A DNA stretch of 64,000 nucleotides from the NCBI GenBank assembly GCA_036502605.1, contig DASXYI010000004.1:5712-69711 (forward strand), written 5' to 3'. This document shows positions 41,456 to 50,652 of this stretch, one piece after another (position 1 is the first letter of the stretch; each line of letters begins with the position of its first letter). The DNA is from Steroidobacteraceae bacterium. GTDB lineage: Bacteria; Pseudomonadota; Gammaproteobacteria; Steroidobacterales; Steroidobacteraceae. The translations under genes were made by a program, and so were the position numbers. A model generated the notes under the pieces. The model was not told the origin of the DNA, ran no database searches, and worked only from the letters and a program-made list of their open reading frames with translations.

Positions 41456-44341
41456 ATGCTGGTTAGAATTCTGGTGTTGATCTGGATCGCCGGCGGCGCA
41501 TCGTCGGCGGTACGTGCTCAGTCGATCGCGCCCGATACCGCCGAAGCCGGTTCCGTGGAGGAGATCGCCAAGGCCACGACCGAACCGCGCTTCTCATCGC
41601 CCTGGGTTTCCTATGTTCCGGCATCCTCCACGGTACCCTCGCCGAGCGCTTTTTTTGGTCGCATCGCGGGTGCGCCCGGTGAACTGGTCGACTCGGCACA
41701 GGCTTATGCCTACGCTCGTGCGCTCGCTGCGGCTTCGCCGCGCGTGAAGGTCTACACCATCGGCCGTTCGGAGGAGGGCCGTGACATCGTGCTGTTGGCG
41801 ATCGCCGACGAGAAAGGCATTCAAAAACTGGATTCCTTGAAGGCCGCGATGGCGGCACTGGCCGACCCGCGCACGCTCGACCCCGCGGCGGCCGAGCGGC
41901 TGATGATGAGTTCCCGGCCGTTCTACTACTTCAACGCAGCGGTGCATTCCGATGAGACGGGTTCGACGGAGTCCGTACTGGAACTCGCGTATCGCTTGGC
42001 CGTCTCGGATCAGCCGATGATCCGCCGAATTCGCGAAAACATGGTGGTGCTCATCAACCCGGTGTGCAATCCCGACGGCCGCGACAAGCAGGTCGAGTGG
42101 TTTTACCGCTATTTGAAGGGCAAAACCGAGCGCGATACGCTGCCGCGCCAATCTCCGCCGTATTGGTCCAAGTACGCGTTCGTCGACATCAATCGCGATG
42201 CGCATCAGCTGGCCCACGAGTCCACCAAGGCCGTGAGCCGGCTGTTTTTCGAGTGGCACCCGGTCATCGTGCATGACTTGCACGAAAGTGTGCCTCTGTT
42301 GATGACGTGGAACGGCACCGGTCCTTACAACCCGAACATCGACCCGATAACCTTCACCGAGTTTCTCAGCTTGAGCTTCCACGAGGTCGAGACCATGACG
42401 GGCCTCGGCATGCCGGGCGTCAGCACGTGGAGTTTCGGCGAGGGATTCGGACACATGTTCATGGACTCCGTCGCCATGAATCACAACGCGATTGGCCGGG
42501 GCTATGAGACCTTCGGCAACACCACGGCGGAAACCCTGGTGCAATCGCTGTCTCCCGAAGAGACCACGCGCGAGTGGTACCGTGTGCTGCCGCCGCCCAC
42601 CGGGAAGTTCTCCTGGTCGTCGCGCGATAACGTCAACTACAACGAGACCGGTGCGCTCGCGGCGCTCGACTACGCAGCGGCAAACTCAGCGATGCTGCTG
42701 CGCAATTTCTACACGAAGAGCGTTCATAGTTGGCGCAAGGGCGTCGAGGAGGCTCCCTTTGCGTTTCTCATCCCCGAGAATCAAGGCGACCCCACGCGTG
42801 TGGCGCAGCTGGTGGCCCGGCTTCAGGCGCAGCACATCGAGGTCAGTCGTAGCGAAGCACCCATCACGGTAGAGGAGGGCAGCTATCCGAGCGGCACCTA
42901 TGTGGTTCGGTTGGACCAGCCTTACCGCAATTACGCGGTCGATCTGTTGACGCCGCAGAAGTATCCGAAAGATGGCGGTGAACCGTATGACGACGTCTCT
43001 TGGGAGCTGCCCGCCTACTACCACGTGGAGGTGAAGCCTACGGCCGATGCCTCGATCCGCAACGCGAGAGTCTCGCTGCTGACGGCCGCGCCGCATCCCC
43101 ACGGCCGCGTGGCCGGCACCGGTCCGGTATTCCTTTTGCGGGACTCAGGACAGGAAGGACTTTTCGAGGCGAGATATCGTCTCGCGCGGTTCAAAGTAGA
43201 CATCGCCGAACGATCGTTCTCTCTCGGCGATACCAGCTACCCGGCGGGATCATGGATGATACCGCCGCAGGCGGGACTCGCCGATGCGCTGCGCGACCTT
43301 GCGGACCGGATGGGCTTGGACTTCACCGGCACCGATACGGTGCCCGATGTCCGGCGTCATGCCGCCACAGTGCCTCGGTTGGGGGTGTGGGTTCCCTGGG
43401 CCGATACGGATTCCATCGGCTGGGTTCGATATACGCTCGACCAACGAAAAATTCCCTACACCTACATCCGGGACGAAGACATTCGCGCCGGCAACCTGCA
43501 CAAGAAAATCGACGTGCTGCTGTACGGTCACGTGGATCTGGAGTTGGCCGAGCAGATCCAGGGTATTCCCAAAGTGTGGGGTCCCATGCCCTTCAAGAAG
43601 ACGGCGCAAACTCCGAGCTTCGGTACGCCCGCGGCGTCGGATGACATCACCGGCGGCATCGGTTGGCGGGGACTCGCGCAAATTCAAGAATTCGTCGAGC
43701 AGGGCGGCCTCATGGTGACCCTGGGCAATGGCAGCATGCTGCCGATCGAAGGCGGCATCGTGCGCGGTGTGCGTCGCGATTCCGGCGGCGTGCCGCGCAG
43801 TTCCGCGGGCGGCGGCGCCGCTGCGGCGGCGGCGGCTCGAGACTCCGTGACGCGAACCCCCGGCGCCCATGTGCGGGTCAGCTTCGCACGTCCGGATCAT
43901 CCCATTGGCTACGGCTACCCGGAGTCGAGCTACGTGTTCCGCCAGAATTTCGCGCTGTACTCGACGCCACGGCGCTGGCTGCGCATGGCGTATTGCACCA
44001 GCTGTCTCGACGGACCGTTCGATTCACGCAGTGTGGTACTGCAATGGGGAGGACGCGATGCCGCGCCGTTCGTCGTCAGTGGCCAGGCATGGGGCGAGGA
44101 TAATCTCATTGGACGCCCGGCGATTTTCGACATGCCGGTCGGCCTCGGTCATGTCGTCGCGTTCAACTTCAATCCGCTGTATCGCGACCTCAATCGCGGC
44201 GATCACCGCATGGTTTGGAACGCCATCATGAATTGGCAGGCCATAGTGGCCGATAGGAGCGCGGCACCCGCGGGACCGAGCGCCGCGGGACCGAGTATGG
44301 CTGCGGGACACACGGTCGGGCAGCGGCGCGCGAAGCCCTGA
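41456..44341 (+). CDS. secreted M14 family zinc carboxypeptidase-like protein with a large C-terminal extension
   Basis: ATG 41456 with SD AAGGCGGAGG. Signal peptide MLVRILVLIWIAGGASSAVRAQS. HxxE zinc block ..NAAVHSDETGSTE... 961 aa. The ORF-track start 41153 lies inside the permease gene. Confidence 0.85.
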   Translation: MLVRILVLIWIAGGASSAVRAQSIAPDTAEAGSVEEIAKATTEPRFSSPWVSYVPASSTVPSPSAFFGRIAGAPGELVDSAQAYAYARALAAASPRVKVYTIGRSEEGRDIVLLAIADEKGIQKLDSLKAAMAALADPRTLDPAAAERLMMSSRPFYYFNAAVHSDETGSTESVLELAYRLAVSDQPMIRRIRENMVVLINPVCNPDGRDKQVEWFYRYLKGKTERDTLPRQSPPYWSKYAFVDINRDAHQLAHESTKAVSRLFFEWHPVIVHDLHESVPLLMTWNGTGPYNPNIDPITFTEFLSLSFHEVETMTGLGMPGVSTWSFGEGFGHMFMDSVAMNHNAIGRGYETFGNTTAETLVQSLSPEETTREWYRVLPPPTGKFSWSSRDNVNYNETGALAALDYAAANSAMLLRNFYTKSVHSWRKGVEEAPFAFLIPENQGDPTRVAQLVARLQAQHIEVSRSEAPITVEEGSYPSGTYVVRLDQPYRNYAVDLLTPQKYPKDGGEPYDDVSWELPAYYHVEVKPTADASIRNARVSLLTAAPHPHGRVAGTGPVFLLRDSGQEGLFEARYRLARFKVDIAERSFSLGDTSYPAGSWMIPPQAGLADALRDLADRMGLDFTGTDTVPDVRRHAATVPRLGVWVPWADTDSIGWVRYTLDQRKIPYTYIRDEDIRAGNLHKKIDVLLYGHVDLELAEQIQGIPKVWGPMPFKKTAQTPSFGTPAASDDITGGIGWRGLAQIQEFVEQGGLMVTLGNGSMLPIEGGIVRGVRRDSGGVPRSSAGGGAAAAAAARDSVTRTPGAHVRVSFARPDHPIGYGYPESSYVFRQNFALYSTPRRWLRMAYCTSCLDGPFDSRSVVLQWGGRDAAPFVVSGQAWGEDNLIGRPAIFDMPVGLGHVVAFNFNPLYRDLNRGDHRMVWNAIMNWQAIVADRSAAPAGPSAAGPSMAAGHTVGQRRAKP

Positions 44342-44347
44342 GTGAAT

Positions 44348-44369
44348 GCCCCGCCGCCGCGGGCAGGGC
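44348..44369. terminator. GC-rich hairpin between convergent genes (candidate bidirectional terminator)
   Basis: GCCCCGCC gccgcg GGCAGGGC forms 7 base pairs plus one mismatch. It lies in the 35-nt gap between the M14 stop (44341) and the pirin stop (44377). There is no clear U-tract. Confidence 0.3.
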
Positions 44370-44376
44370 GTTCGTG

Positions 44377-45087
44377 TCAATGAGCCTTGCCCGGCAGATC
44401 GAATACCAAGACCTCGGCCTGACGACCCTGTTCGATCCGCAGTCGCGAGCCATTCGTGACTTGCAAGGCGTCGCCGGTACTCAAGCGGGAATCATTGGCG
44501 TTCAATGTGCCGCGCGCCACGTGTACATAGATCAGGCGACCGGGTTCCACGCTAAAATCTGCGCGCTCATCGCCGTCGAACAGACCCGCGTAGACCTTGG
44601 CATCCTGGTGGATGAGCAACGAGCCGTCGGCACGATCGGGGGATACGATGAGGCGCAAGCGCCCGCGTTTTTCGTCGGCGTCGAAGCGCTTCTCTTCGTA
44701 GCTCGGTTCGATATTGCGCGCGCTTGGCTGGATCCAAATCTGCAAAAAATGCACCGTGTTGCTCGGCGACGGATTGAATTCGCTGTGACGCACGCCGCTG
44801 CCGGCGCTCATGCGCTGAACGTCGCCGGGTCGAATGGTCGAACCGTTGCCCATCGAGTCCTTGTGAGCGAGCTCGCCCTCTAGGACATAGCTAATGATCT
44901 CCATATCGCGATGCGCGTGGGTCCCGAAGCCGGCGCCGGCCGCGACGCGATCCTCGTTGATGACTCGCAGCGGGCCAAATTCCACATGCTTCGGATCGAA
45001 GTAATCCGCGAATGAAAACGTGTGAAAAGACTTGAGCCAGCCGTGATCCGCAAAACCTCTATCAGCACTGCGTCGAATGTTGTCCAT
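44377..45087 (-). CDS. pirin family protein (quercetinase-like bicupin)
   Basis: ATG 45087 preceded by AACGGAGG. MDNIRRSADRGFADHGWLKSFHTFSFADY.., ..GFGTHAHRDMEIISYVLEG.. and ..SAGSGVRHSEFN.. are pirin hallmark blocks. Confidence 0.9.
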   Translation of the reverse strand: MDNIRRSADRGFADHGWLKSFHTFSFADYFDPKHVEFGPLRVINEDRVAAGAGFGTHAHRDMEIISYVLEGELAHKDSMGNGSTIRPGDVQRMSAGSGVRHSEFNPSPSNTVHFLQIWIQPSARNIEPSYEEKRFDADEKRGRLRLIVSPDRADGSLLIHQDAKVYAGLFDGDERADFSVEPGRLIYVHVARGTLNANDSRLSTGDALQVTNGSRLRIEQGRQAEVLVFDLPGKAH

Positions 45088-45295
45088 GAAAACCTCCGTT
45101 GAAGGACACAATAGCCTCGAATCCTTTTATTAAAAAGCGCAAAATTCGGCGCATAACTATCGAAAACTTGGATGTATCGGATGGGTTTTAGTAGGACCTG
45201 CCCTACAGGCGGTCACGCGGCTACCTGACTGATTTAGATTGAACCTTTACTTACGCTCCCATCCAGCAGCTTGACCACCAAGTTGGGAGACGGAT

Positions 45296-45454
45296 ATGTC
45301 CATAAGCACAATATTACTTATCCTGTTGGTTCTCCTATTGATCGGCGCGCTTCCCGCTTGGCCATACAGCGGCGGTTGGGGCTACTACCCGAGCGGCGGC
45401 TTGGGTCTCGTACTGATCATTCTCCTGGTTCTGGTCGTGACTGGACGACTATGA
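45296..45454 (+). CDS. DUF3309-type small membrane protein (52 aa)
   Basis: Below the ORF-track cutoff. The track instead lists a wrong-frame 69-aa ORF at 45271..45480. ATG 45296 is preceded by GGGAGACGG. Product MSISTILLILLVLLLIGALPAWPYSGGWGYYPSGGLGLVLIILLVLVVTGRL matches the conserved ..LP.WPYS..WGYYPSGGLG.. pattern of DUF3309 as I remember it. Confidence 0.7.
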   Translation: MSISTILLILLVLLLIGALPAWPYSGGWGYYPSGGLGLVLIILLVLVVTGRL

Positions 45455-45500
45455 GGGGAAAACCAGCCTGTCGAAAATGAATCCAGTCAGGAGCATTCAA

Positions 45501-45707
45501 ATGAAACTTCGCCTCCGGCGCCTACTCATCGCCATACCCATACTCGCGTCGATGGCCTTGCTATCGTCCGTCGCAGCAAGAGCGCCCACGGCCCCGCCGC
45601 TATACACCGAGTCGGATTGTCCGTCGAAACTCGATTATGTGGTGCTTGCCAGCTTGGCGGATTCTCCGAGGTTTGCGATGTCCGCGTACCGAGCGGCGAA
45701 GGAATAA
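45501..45707 (+). CDS. small secreted hypothetical protein (68 aa)
   Basis: AGGAG lies 7 nt before ATG 45501. MKLRLRRLLIAIPILASMALLSSVAARA looks like a Sec signal peptide. The mature part has no recognisable family. Confidence 0.45.
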   Translation: MKLRLRRLLIAIPILASMALLSSVAARAPTAPPLYTESDCPSKLDYVVLASLADSPRFAMSAYRAAKE

Positions 45708-45711
45708 ACAG

Positions 45712-46653
45712 TCAGGGCGGTGGGCACGCCGGGTTGAGGGCTAGCTCTGCCAACCGGCGTTCGTCCAGGATAACGACGATCCCACTTGCGACGACGATGG
45801 CGGCACCGATCAGGAGGCTGGCCGACGGCGACGCCGACCAGAAAATCCAGTCGATCCCGAAGGCCCACAATATGGCGGTGTATTCAAACGGCCCGACCAC
45901 GGACGGCGGCGCTCGCCGAAAAGCCTCCGTCAGCCATAACTGACCCAGAGCACCAGAAACACCAATCGCGGCCAGCCATACCCAGTCGCCGGGTTCTACC
46001 GCATGCCACTCGCCGAGCGCCAATGCGCCCGATCCCAGGCCCACCAATCCCAGGTACCAGAACACCATGGACATGCTGGTGTTGCGCCGGCCCAAAGTCC
46101 GCACCGTCAACGCGCTCAGGGAATAGCAGACGGTCGCAATCGCGGCAGCGCCGGCCGCCACCATCGAGAATGCGCCGCCGCCCCAAGGCTGCAAAATCAG
46201 CAGGACACCGCTCATGCCGCACACGATGGCGAGCCATCGCCGGCCTGTGACCCGTTCTCCATGGATCGGCACCGATAGCGCCGTCATCAACAGCGGCGCC
46301 GCCAGGAACAGCGAATAGGTTTGCGCCAACGTGAGCCGGTGCACGGCGAAAATGAAGCTCGTCAACATGGTGACGCCGAGCACGCCGCGCAGCGCGTGCA
46401 GCATCGGTGCCGACGCCTTCAGAGTCACCCAGGAACGTTGCCAGGCAATCGGCGGGATCAAGAATACCAACGAGGAGAGGCTGCGCAGACATGCAATCTG
46501 CAGAGGATCATAGTGCGTCGACAGGCGCTTCATCAGCGCGTCCATGATGGCAAACACGAACACCGCGGCTATCATGAAGCCGATGCCGTACAGTCGATTT
46601 TGAGGGTTTTCGCGAGAATGCAGGGCCGCCACCCGGCGCGGCGCGGTTATCAC
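45712..46653 (-). CDS. DMT superfamily (EamA-like) transporter
   Basis: 313 aa with ten hydrophobic helices in two EamA-like halves. The GTG start overlaps the stop of the upstream oxidoreductase gene (GTGA). Confidence 0.85.
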   Translation of the reverse strand: MITAPRRVAALHSRENPQNRLYGIGFMIAAVFVFAIMDALMKRLSTHYDPLQIACLRSLSSLVFLIPPIAWQRSWVTLKASAPMLHALRGVLGVTMLTSFIFAVHRLTLAQTYSLFLAAPLLMTALSVPIHGERVTGRRWLAIVCGMSGVLLILQPWGGGAFSMVAAGAAAIATVCYSLSALTVRTLGRRNTSMSMVFWYLGLVGLGSGALALGEWHAVEPGDWVWLAAIGVSGALGQLWLTEAFRRAPPSVVGPFEYTAILWAFGIDWIFWSASPSASLLIGAAIVVASGIVVILDERRLAELALNPACPPP

Positions 46654-48023
46654 GGCCGGAGTTCTCCGAGTATGGTCGGAATCAATTCCGAAACCGTCGG
46701 ATGAATATGCACGGCACGCCGCAGAGTCTGGGACGACGCCTTTGCGGCCATGGTGTCGAGGATCCCGTGCACTGCTTCATCGCCGCCGACACCGAGAATG
46801 GCGGCGCCCAAGATCTCGTGGTTCTCGGCATCGACGACAATTTTCATGAAGCCCTGGCTTTCGCCTTTTTCGACCGCACGGCGTACCCGCGTCATGGGTC
46901 GACTGCCTATGCGGATGCTGCGCCCGGTCGCGCGGGCCTCGCTTTCCGTCATGCCGACGCGGCCCAACGGCGGATCGATGAAAAGGCCGTAGCAGGGAAT
47001 TCTGTCGGTCACGCGACGCGAGTCGCCGTCGAGAACATTCGCCGCGACGATTTCGAAATCATTATAGGCCGTGTGAGTGAACGCACCTTTGCCGTTGCAG
47101 TCGCCCAGCGCCCAAATGCCAGGCACATTGGTTCGCAGTTCCTCGTCGACCAAAATAAAGCCATGGTCGTCCATGGCGACCCCCGCCTTGTCGAGGCCCA
47201 GATCGTCGGTATTCGGGCGCCGGCCAACCGCCAATAGCACGTGCGACCCCAGAATTTCGGGCGCGCCGGATTCGCATTCGACACCGACGACGACACCCGC
47301 ATCATGCGGCGCGAATCGTATGCACTCAGCATCCGTACGAACGGTGATGTCCTCATGCTCGAATACGGCTCTAACCGCAGCGGAGACATCGTCGTCCTCG
47401 CGGGAAATCAGGCGCGGTCCTTTCTCGATCACGGTCACTTCGCTGCCGAATCGGCGGTACATCTGCGCGAACTCAAGGCCGATGTAGCTGCCGCCGACGA
47501 TGACCAGATGCCGCGGCAGGACATCGAGATCGAGGATCGAGGTATTGGTCAGATACGGTACACGGTCGACGCCGGGCAGATCCGGTACGAGGGCACGTCC
47601 GCCAACGTTGATGAAGATCCGCGCAGCGGTGATCGACTCATCGCCAACGCGCAGCTCGTGCGGCGACACGAACCGTGCATGACCTTGGTATACCGTGCAG
47701 CGATTCATGCCCCGCAGCCATTGTTCGAGGCCCACCCTGGACTCGGTCACAATGGCATCCTTACGTTCTTTGACTGCGTGCATGTCGACCGATACTCCGC
47801 CCTCGATGTTGACGCCGAACTCTCGTGCGCGGCGACACCGATGCGCAACCTCTGCGCTGGCAACGAGCGTCTTGGTCGGCGTGCACCCTGTGTTGACGCA
47901 CGTGCCGCCGAACAGATGACGCTCGACCAGGGCCACCGTCATGCCCGCGGCGGTCAACCGTCCGGCCAACGACGGGCCCGCTTGGCCGGCGCCGACGACG
48001 ATGGCATCGAAGGTCTTATTCAT
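46650..48023 (-). CDS. class I pyridine nucleotide-disulfide oxidoreductase (FAD, redox-active CxxxxC; mercuric reductase/dihydrolipoamide dehydrogenase-like)
   Basis: ATG 48023 gives MNKTFDAIVVGAGQAGPSLA..., with the redox disulfide ..GGTCVNTGCTPTK.. and the C-terminal ..HIHPTVSE.. His-Glu dyad. The ORF-track start 48143 adds an implausible 40 aa. Confidence 0.88.
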   Translation of the reverse strand: MNKTFDAIVVGAGQAGPSLAGRLTAAGMTVALVERHLFGGTCVNTGCTPTKTLVASAEVAHRCRRAREFGVNIEGGVSVDMHAVKERKDAIVTESRVGLEQWLRGMNRCTVYQGHARFVSPHELRVGDESITAARIFINVGGRALVPDLPGVDRVPYLTNTSILDLDVLPRHLVIVGGSYIGLEFAQMYRRFGSEVTVIEKGPRLISREDDDVSAAVRAVFEHEDITVRTDAECIRFAPHDAGVVVGVECESGAPEILGSHVLLAVGRRPNTDDLGLDKAGVAMDDHGFILVDEELRTNVPGIWALGDCNGKGAFTHTAYNDFEIVAANVLDGDSRRVTDRIPCYGLFIDPPLGRVGMTESEARATGRSIRIGSRPMTRVRRAVEKGESQGFMKIVVDAENHEILGAAILGVGGDEAVHGILDTMAAKASSQTLRRAVHIHPTVSELIPTILGELRP

Positions 48024-48061
48024 GACTCCCCATATTTCCACAAAGCGCAACACGGCAATTG

Positions 48062-48076
48062 TGGCACACGAGTTGC
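48062..48076 (+). promoter_or_regulatory. sigma54-type -24/-12 promoter motif (TGGCAC-N5-TTGC)
   Basis: gTGGCACacgagTTGCc sits in an intergenic region and matches both conserved blocks with correct spacing. It is oriented away from the oxidoreductase gene, and no plus-strand gene lies downstream. Pattern match only. Confidence 0.3.
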
Positions 48077-48400
48077 CGCTTTGCCGCGACCACCGGTGCC
48101 AATTCCGGTTCCAGGCGTCCCGCCAATTATAATTATAAATCAATAGTTTATAGCATATATCAAGAATTAATGTGAACGTGCGTTTCCACGGAAACGCCTC
48201 GTCGGCGGCACCCGAAATCGCGCTGGCTGGTGTCCTGTCTCATAAATAACTTACTCGATCCGCCAGCGAATTTTCGTGCCGGGCAAGGCGCGCCGACGAG
48301 GCATAGCAGTTCAAAGGGCACGGGCGAGGAGGCGCAACGCCGCTCGGCACGATAAAGGCGCGGCGCAGCGAGTGAGGTATTTATGGGACAGGACACTAGA

Positions 48401-50566
48401 TCAGACCGCCCGCGCCAGGTGGATGGTGCCGACCATCAGCTGCGCCCTGTCCGCGCAGGGACCGACGAGAATCTCGACTTCGCCTGCCTCGAACACAGGC
48501 TCGAGATTCATTCCGAGGAACCGCAACTCCGCGGCGGGCAATATCAATGTCACGGTACCCAGTTCTCCGGGATTCAAACTTACCTTGCCGAACCCTTTGA
48601 GTTCCAAGAGCGGCCGCGCGACGCTGGCAAGCTTGTCGTGCGTAAACAGAAACACCGTCTCTTCCGCGGCCCGTCTGCCTTCATTCATGACGTCGACCCG
48701 AACCACGACGGTATCTCTCTCGGCCACGCTCTCGCGCGGCACGCGAAGGTTCGAGTATTTGAATTGCCCATAGCTGAGTCCATACCCGAAAGGGAACAGC
48801 GGCTCGTTCGATACGTCGAGATACTTGCTGGTGTAATAATCGTTCGGATCCGCGGGACGGCCGGTAGGGCGCTCCCCGAAAAAGATCGGAACCTGCCCGG
48901 CGGCGCGCGCCCAGCTTACCGGAGTGCGCCCGCTCGGCGAGACATGGCCCAGGATGACGTCGCCAATGGCATTACCCGCCTCGCTGCCTAAGAACCAGGC
49001 GGCGAGCATGGCATTGGATTTTTCCACCAACCACGGCACGACCAAGGGGCGACCCGAGAACAAGATGACAATAACGGGCTTGCGCAGCCGTTCGGCGCGC
49101 TCGAAAACCGCTTCGGCGAATTCGCGCTGCCGACCCGGGAGTCCGAGATGCGCTCGGCTGGCAGCCTCGCCGCTCATGGTCGCAGCTTCGCCCACGCATA
49201 GGAGTATCGCGTCCGCATGCGCGCATAGGTCGAGCGCCGCGGCGATGCCGCTCACATCCTCGCCATTGATAGCGACGCCTGCGGCGTGCAACACCCGCGT
49301 TTCCGCAAGCATTTCTCGCAGGCCTGCCGCCACCGATACATGTCCTTCGGGCGGCGCAGCGCCCCACCATGGACCGCGCATTTCGGCCGACGCGTCGGCC
49401 AGCGGTCCGATGACGGCCAGTCGGGCGGCACCCTTGACCAGCGGCAACACCCCCTTCTCGTTCTTCAGCATGACGATGGCGCGAGCTGCGACGACGCGAG
49501 CGAGTTGCCGGCGCGACGCAACGGTGGTGCCGGTTTCCGGCACGGCTCCTCGCCGGTAAGGATCATCGAAAAGTCCCAATCGCTCCTTGAGCGTCAGGAC
49601 GCGGCGCACGGATTCGTCGATCTCGTCGCGGGTCACCCATCCCCGGTCCAGAGCCGCCGGCAGGCCGTGGCGATAGGCGTCGGACATCATGTCGATATCG
49701 ACGCCGGCTTTCAGTGCGAGTGCCGCGGCTTGGGCTAAATCGGCGGCAATGCCATGATGAATGAGTTCGCCGATGGCATTGTAGTCGCTCACAATGACAC
49801 CCTCGAAGCCCAGATTCTTGCGCAACCAGCCTTGCAGCAGCGCGACATTTGCCGTCATCGGCACGCCCGCAAGATCATTGAAAGCAGGCATGATCGCCGC
49901 GACGCCCGTAGCAACCGCGGCGGCGAATGACGGAAGATGCACTTCGCGCACCGTGCGATCGGAAATGTCCACGGAGGCGTATTCGCGGCCGGCGGTCACC
50001 GCTCCGTAAGCGCAGAAATGCTTGGCGACTGCCGCCAGCGCATCCGGCGCGGCGAGGTCGGTACCCTGGAAGCCGCGCACTTTCGCCTCCGCGATGCGGG
50101 CAGCCAGCCAAGGATCTTCGCCGGGACCTTCGGCACTGCGTCCCCAGCGAGGGTCGCGCGACACGTCCAGCATCGGCGCAAAGGTCATTGCGAGGCCTTC
50201 GGCGGCGGCTTCCCTGGCAGACTCACGGGCCGTCAACGCCCACATCCGTGGATCGAACAACGCTGCTTCGCCGAGCGGAATCGGAAACAAGGTGCGGTGC
50301 CCGTGAATGACATCGAACCCGATGAGCAGTGGAATGCCGAGGCGCGACTCTTCCACCGCCAGCCGCTGCATCCCGTGCACGTGATCGGCGCCGACCATGT
50401 TGAGCAGATTGCCGATGGTCCCGTCCTTGATGGCTTGGGTCGAATCCCCTGCGATGATCGGTCCGGTCACGGCGAAGCTCGAGGCCGTCATGGTGAGTTG
50501 GCCCAGCTTCTCGGCCAGGGACATCTTGCCGATGAGGGTTTCGATACGGCTCACGGAGTCCGCCAC
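48401..50566 (-). CDS. glycoside hydrolase family 3 beta-glucosidase (BglX-like)
   Basis: 721 aa. ..LSLAEKLGQLT.., ..LLIGFDVIHGHRT.., ..GVIVSDYNAIGEL.. (nucleophile Asp region) and a C-terminal fibronectin-like domain. No obvious signal peptide. Confidence 0.9.
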   Translation of the reverse strand: MADSVSRIETLIGKMSLAEKLGQLTMTASSFAVTGPIIAGDSTQAIKDGTIGNLLNMVGADHVHGMQRLAVEESRLGIPLLIGFDVIHGHRTLFPIPLGEAALFDPRMWALTARESAREAAAEGLAMTFAPMLDVSRDPRWGRSAEGPGEDPWLAARIAEAKVRGFQGTDLAAPDALAAVAKHFCAYGAVTAGREYASVDISDRTVREVHLPSFAAAVATGVAAIMPAFNDLAGVPMTANVALLQGWLRKNLGFEGVIVSDYNAIGELIHHGIAADLAQAAALALKAGVDIDMMSDAYRHGLPAALDRGWVTRDEIDESVRRVLTLKERLGLFDDPYRRGAVPETGTTVASRRQLARVVAARAIVMLKNEKGVLPLVKGAARLAVIGPLADASAEMRGPWWGAAPPEGHVSVAAGLREMLAETRVLHAAGVAINGEDVSGIAAALDLCAHADAILLCVGEAATMSGEAASRAHLGLPGRQREFAEAVFERAERLRKPVIVILFSGRPLVVPWLVEKSNAMLAAWFLGSEAGNAIGDVILGHVSPSGRTPVSWARAAGQVPIFFGERPTGRPADPNDYYTSKYLDVSNEPLFPFGYGLSYGQFKYSNLRVPRESVAERDTVVVRVDVMNEGRRAAEETVFLFTHDKLASVARPLLELKGFGKVSLNPGELGTVTLILPAAELRFLGMNLEPVFEAGEVEILVGPCADRAQLMVGTIHLARAV

Positions 50567-50652
50567 GCTGCGCTTTTTGTTGGATCCATGCGACCCACGG
50601 AAGGCAAGGTGCCTGATAATGGCAAGATCGTTTTTCCTCGAGAAGCTGACCC

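Noticed and set aside
43780-43850. Gly/Ala-rich run (..SSAGGGAAAAAAARD..) in the M14 protein, considered as a tandem DNA repeat.
   Set aside because: It is a low-complexity GC-rich coding linker inside a continuous ORF, not an independent repeat element.
45271-45480. 69-aa ORF listed in the track (MTTKLGDGYVHKHN...).
   Set aside because: It is in the wrong frame. The overlapping 52-aa frame gives a textbook DUF3309-like small membrane protein with its own SD.
48120-48175. Short AT-rich tandem pattern (aattataattataaa) considered as a repeat element, CRISPR-like feature or insertion scar.
   Set aside because: There are only two short units and no spacer-repeat architecture or terminal inverted repeats. 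It is more simply an AT-rich promoter or UP-element region for the minus-strand oxidoreductase gene.
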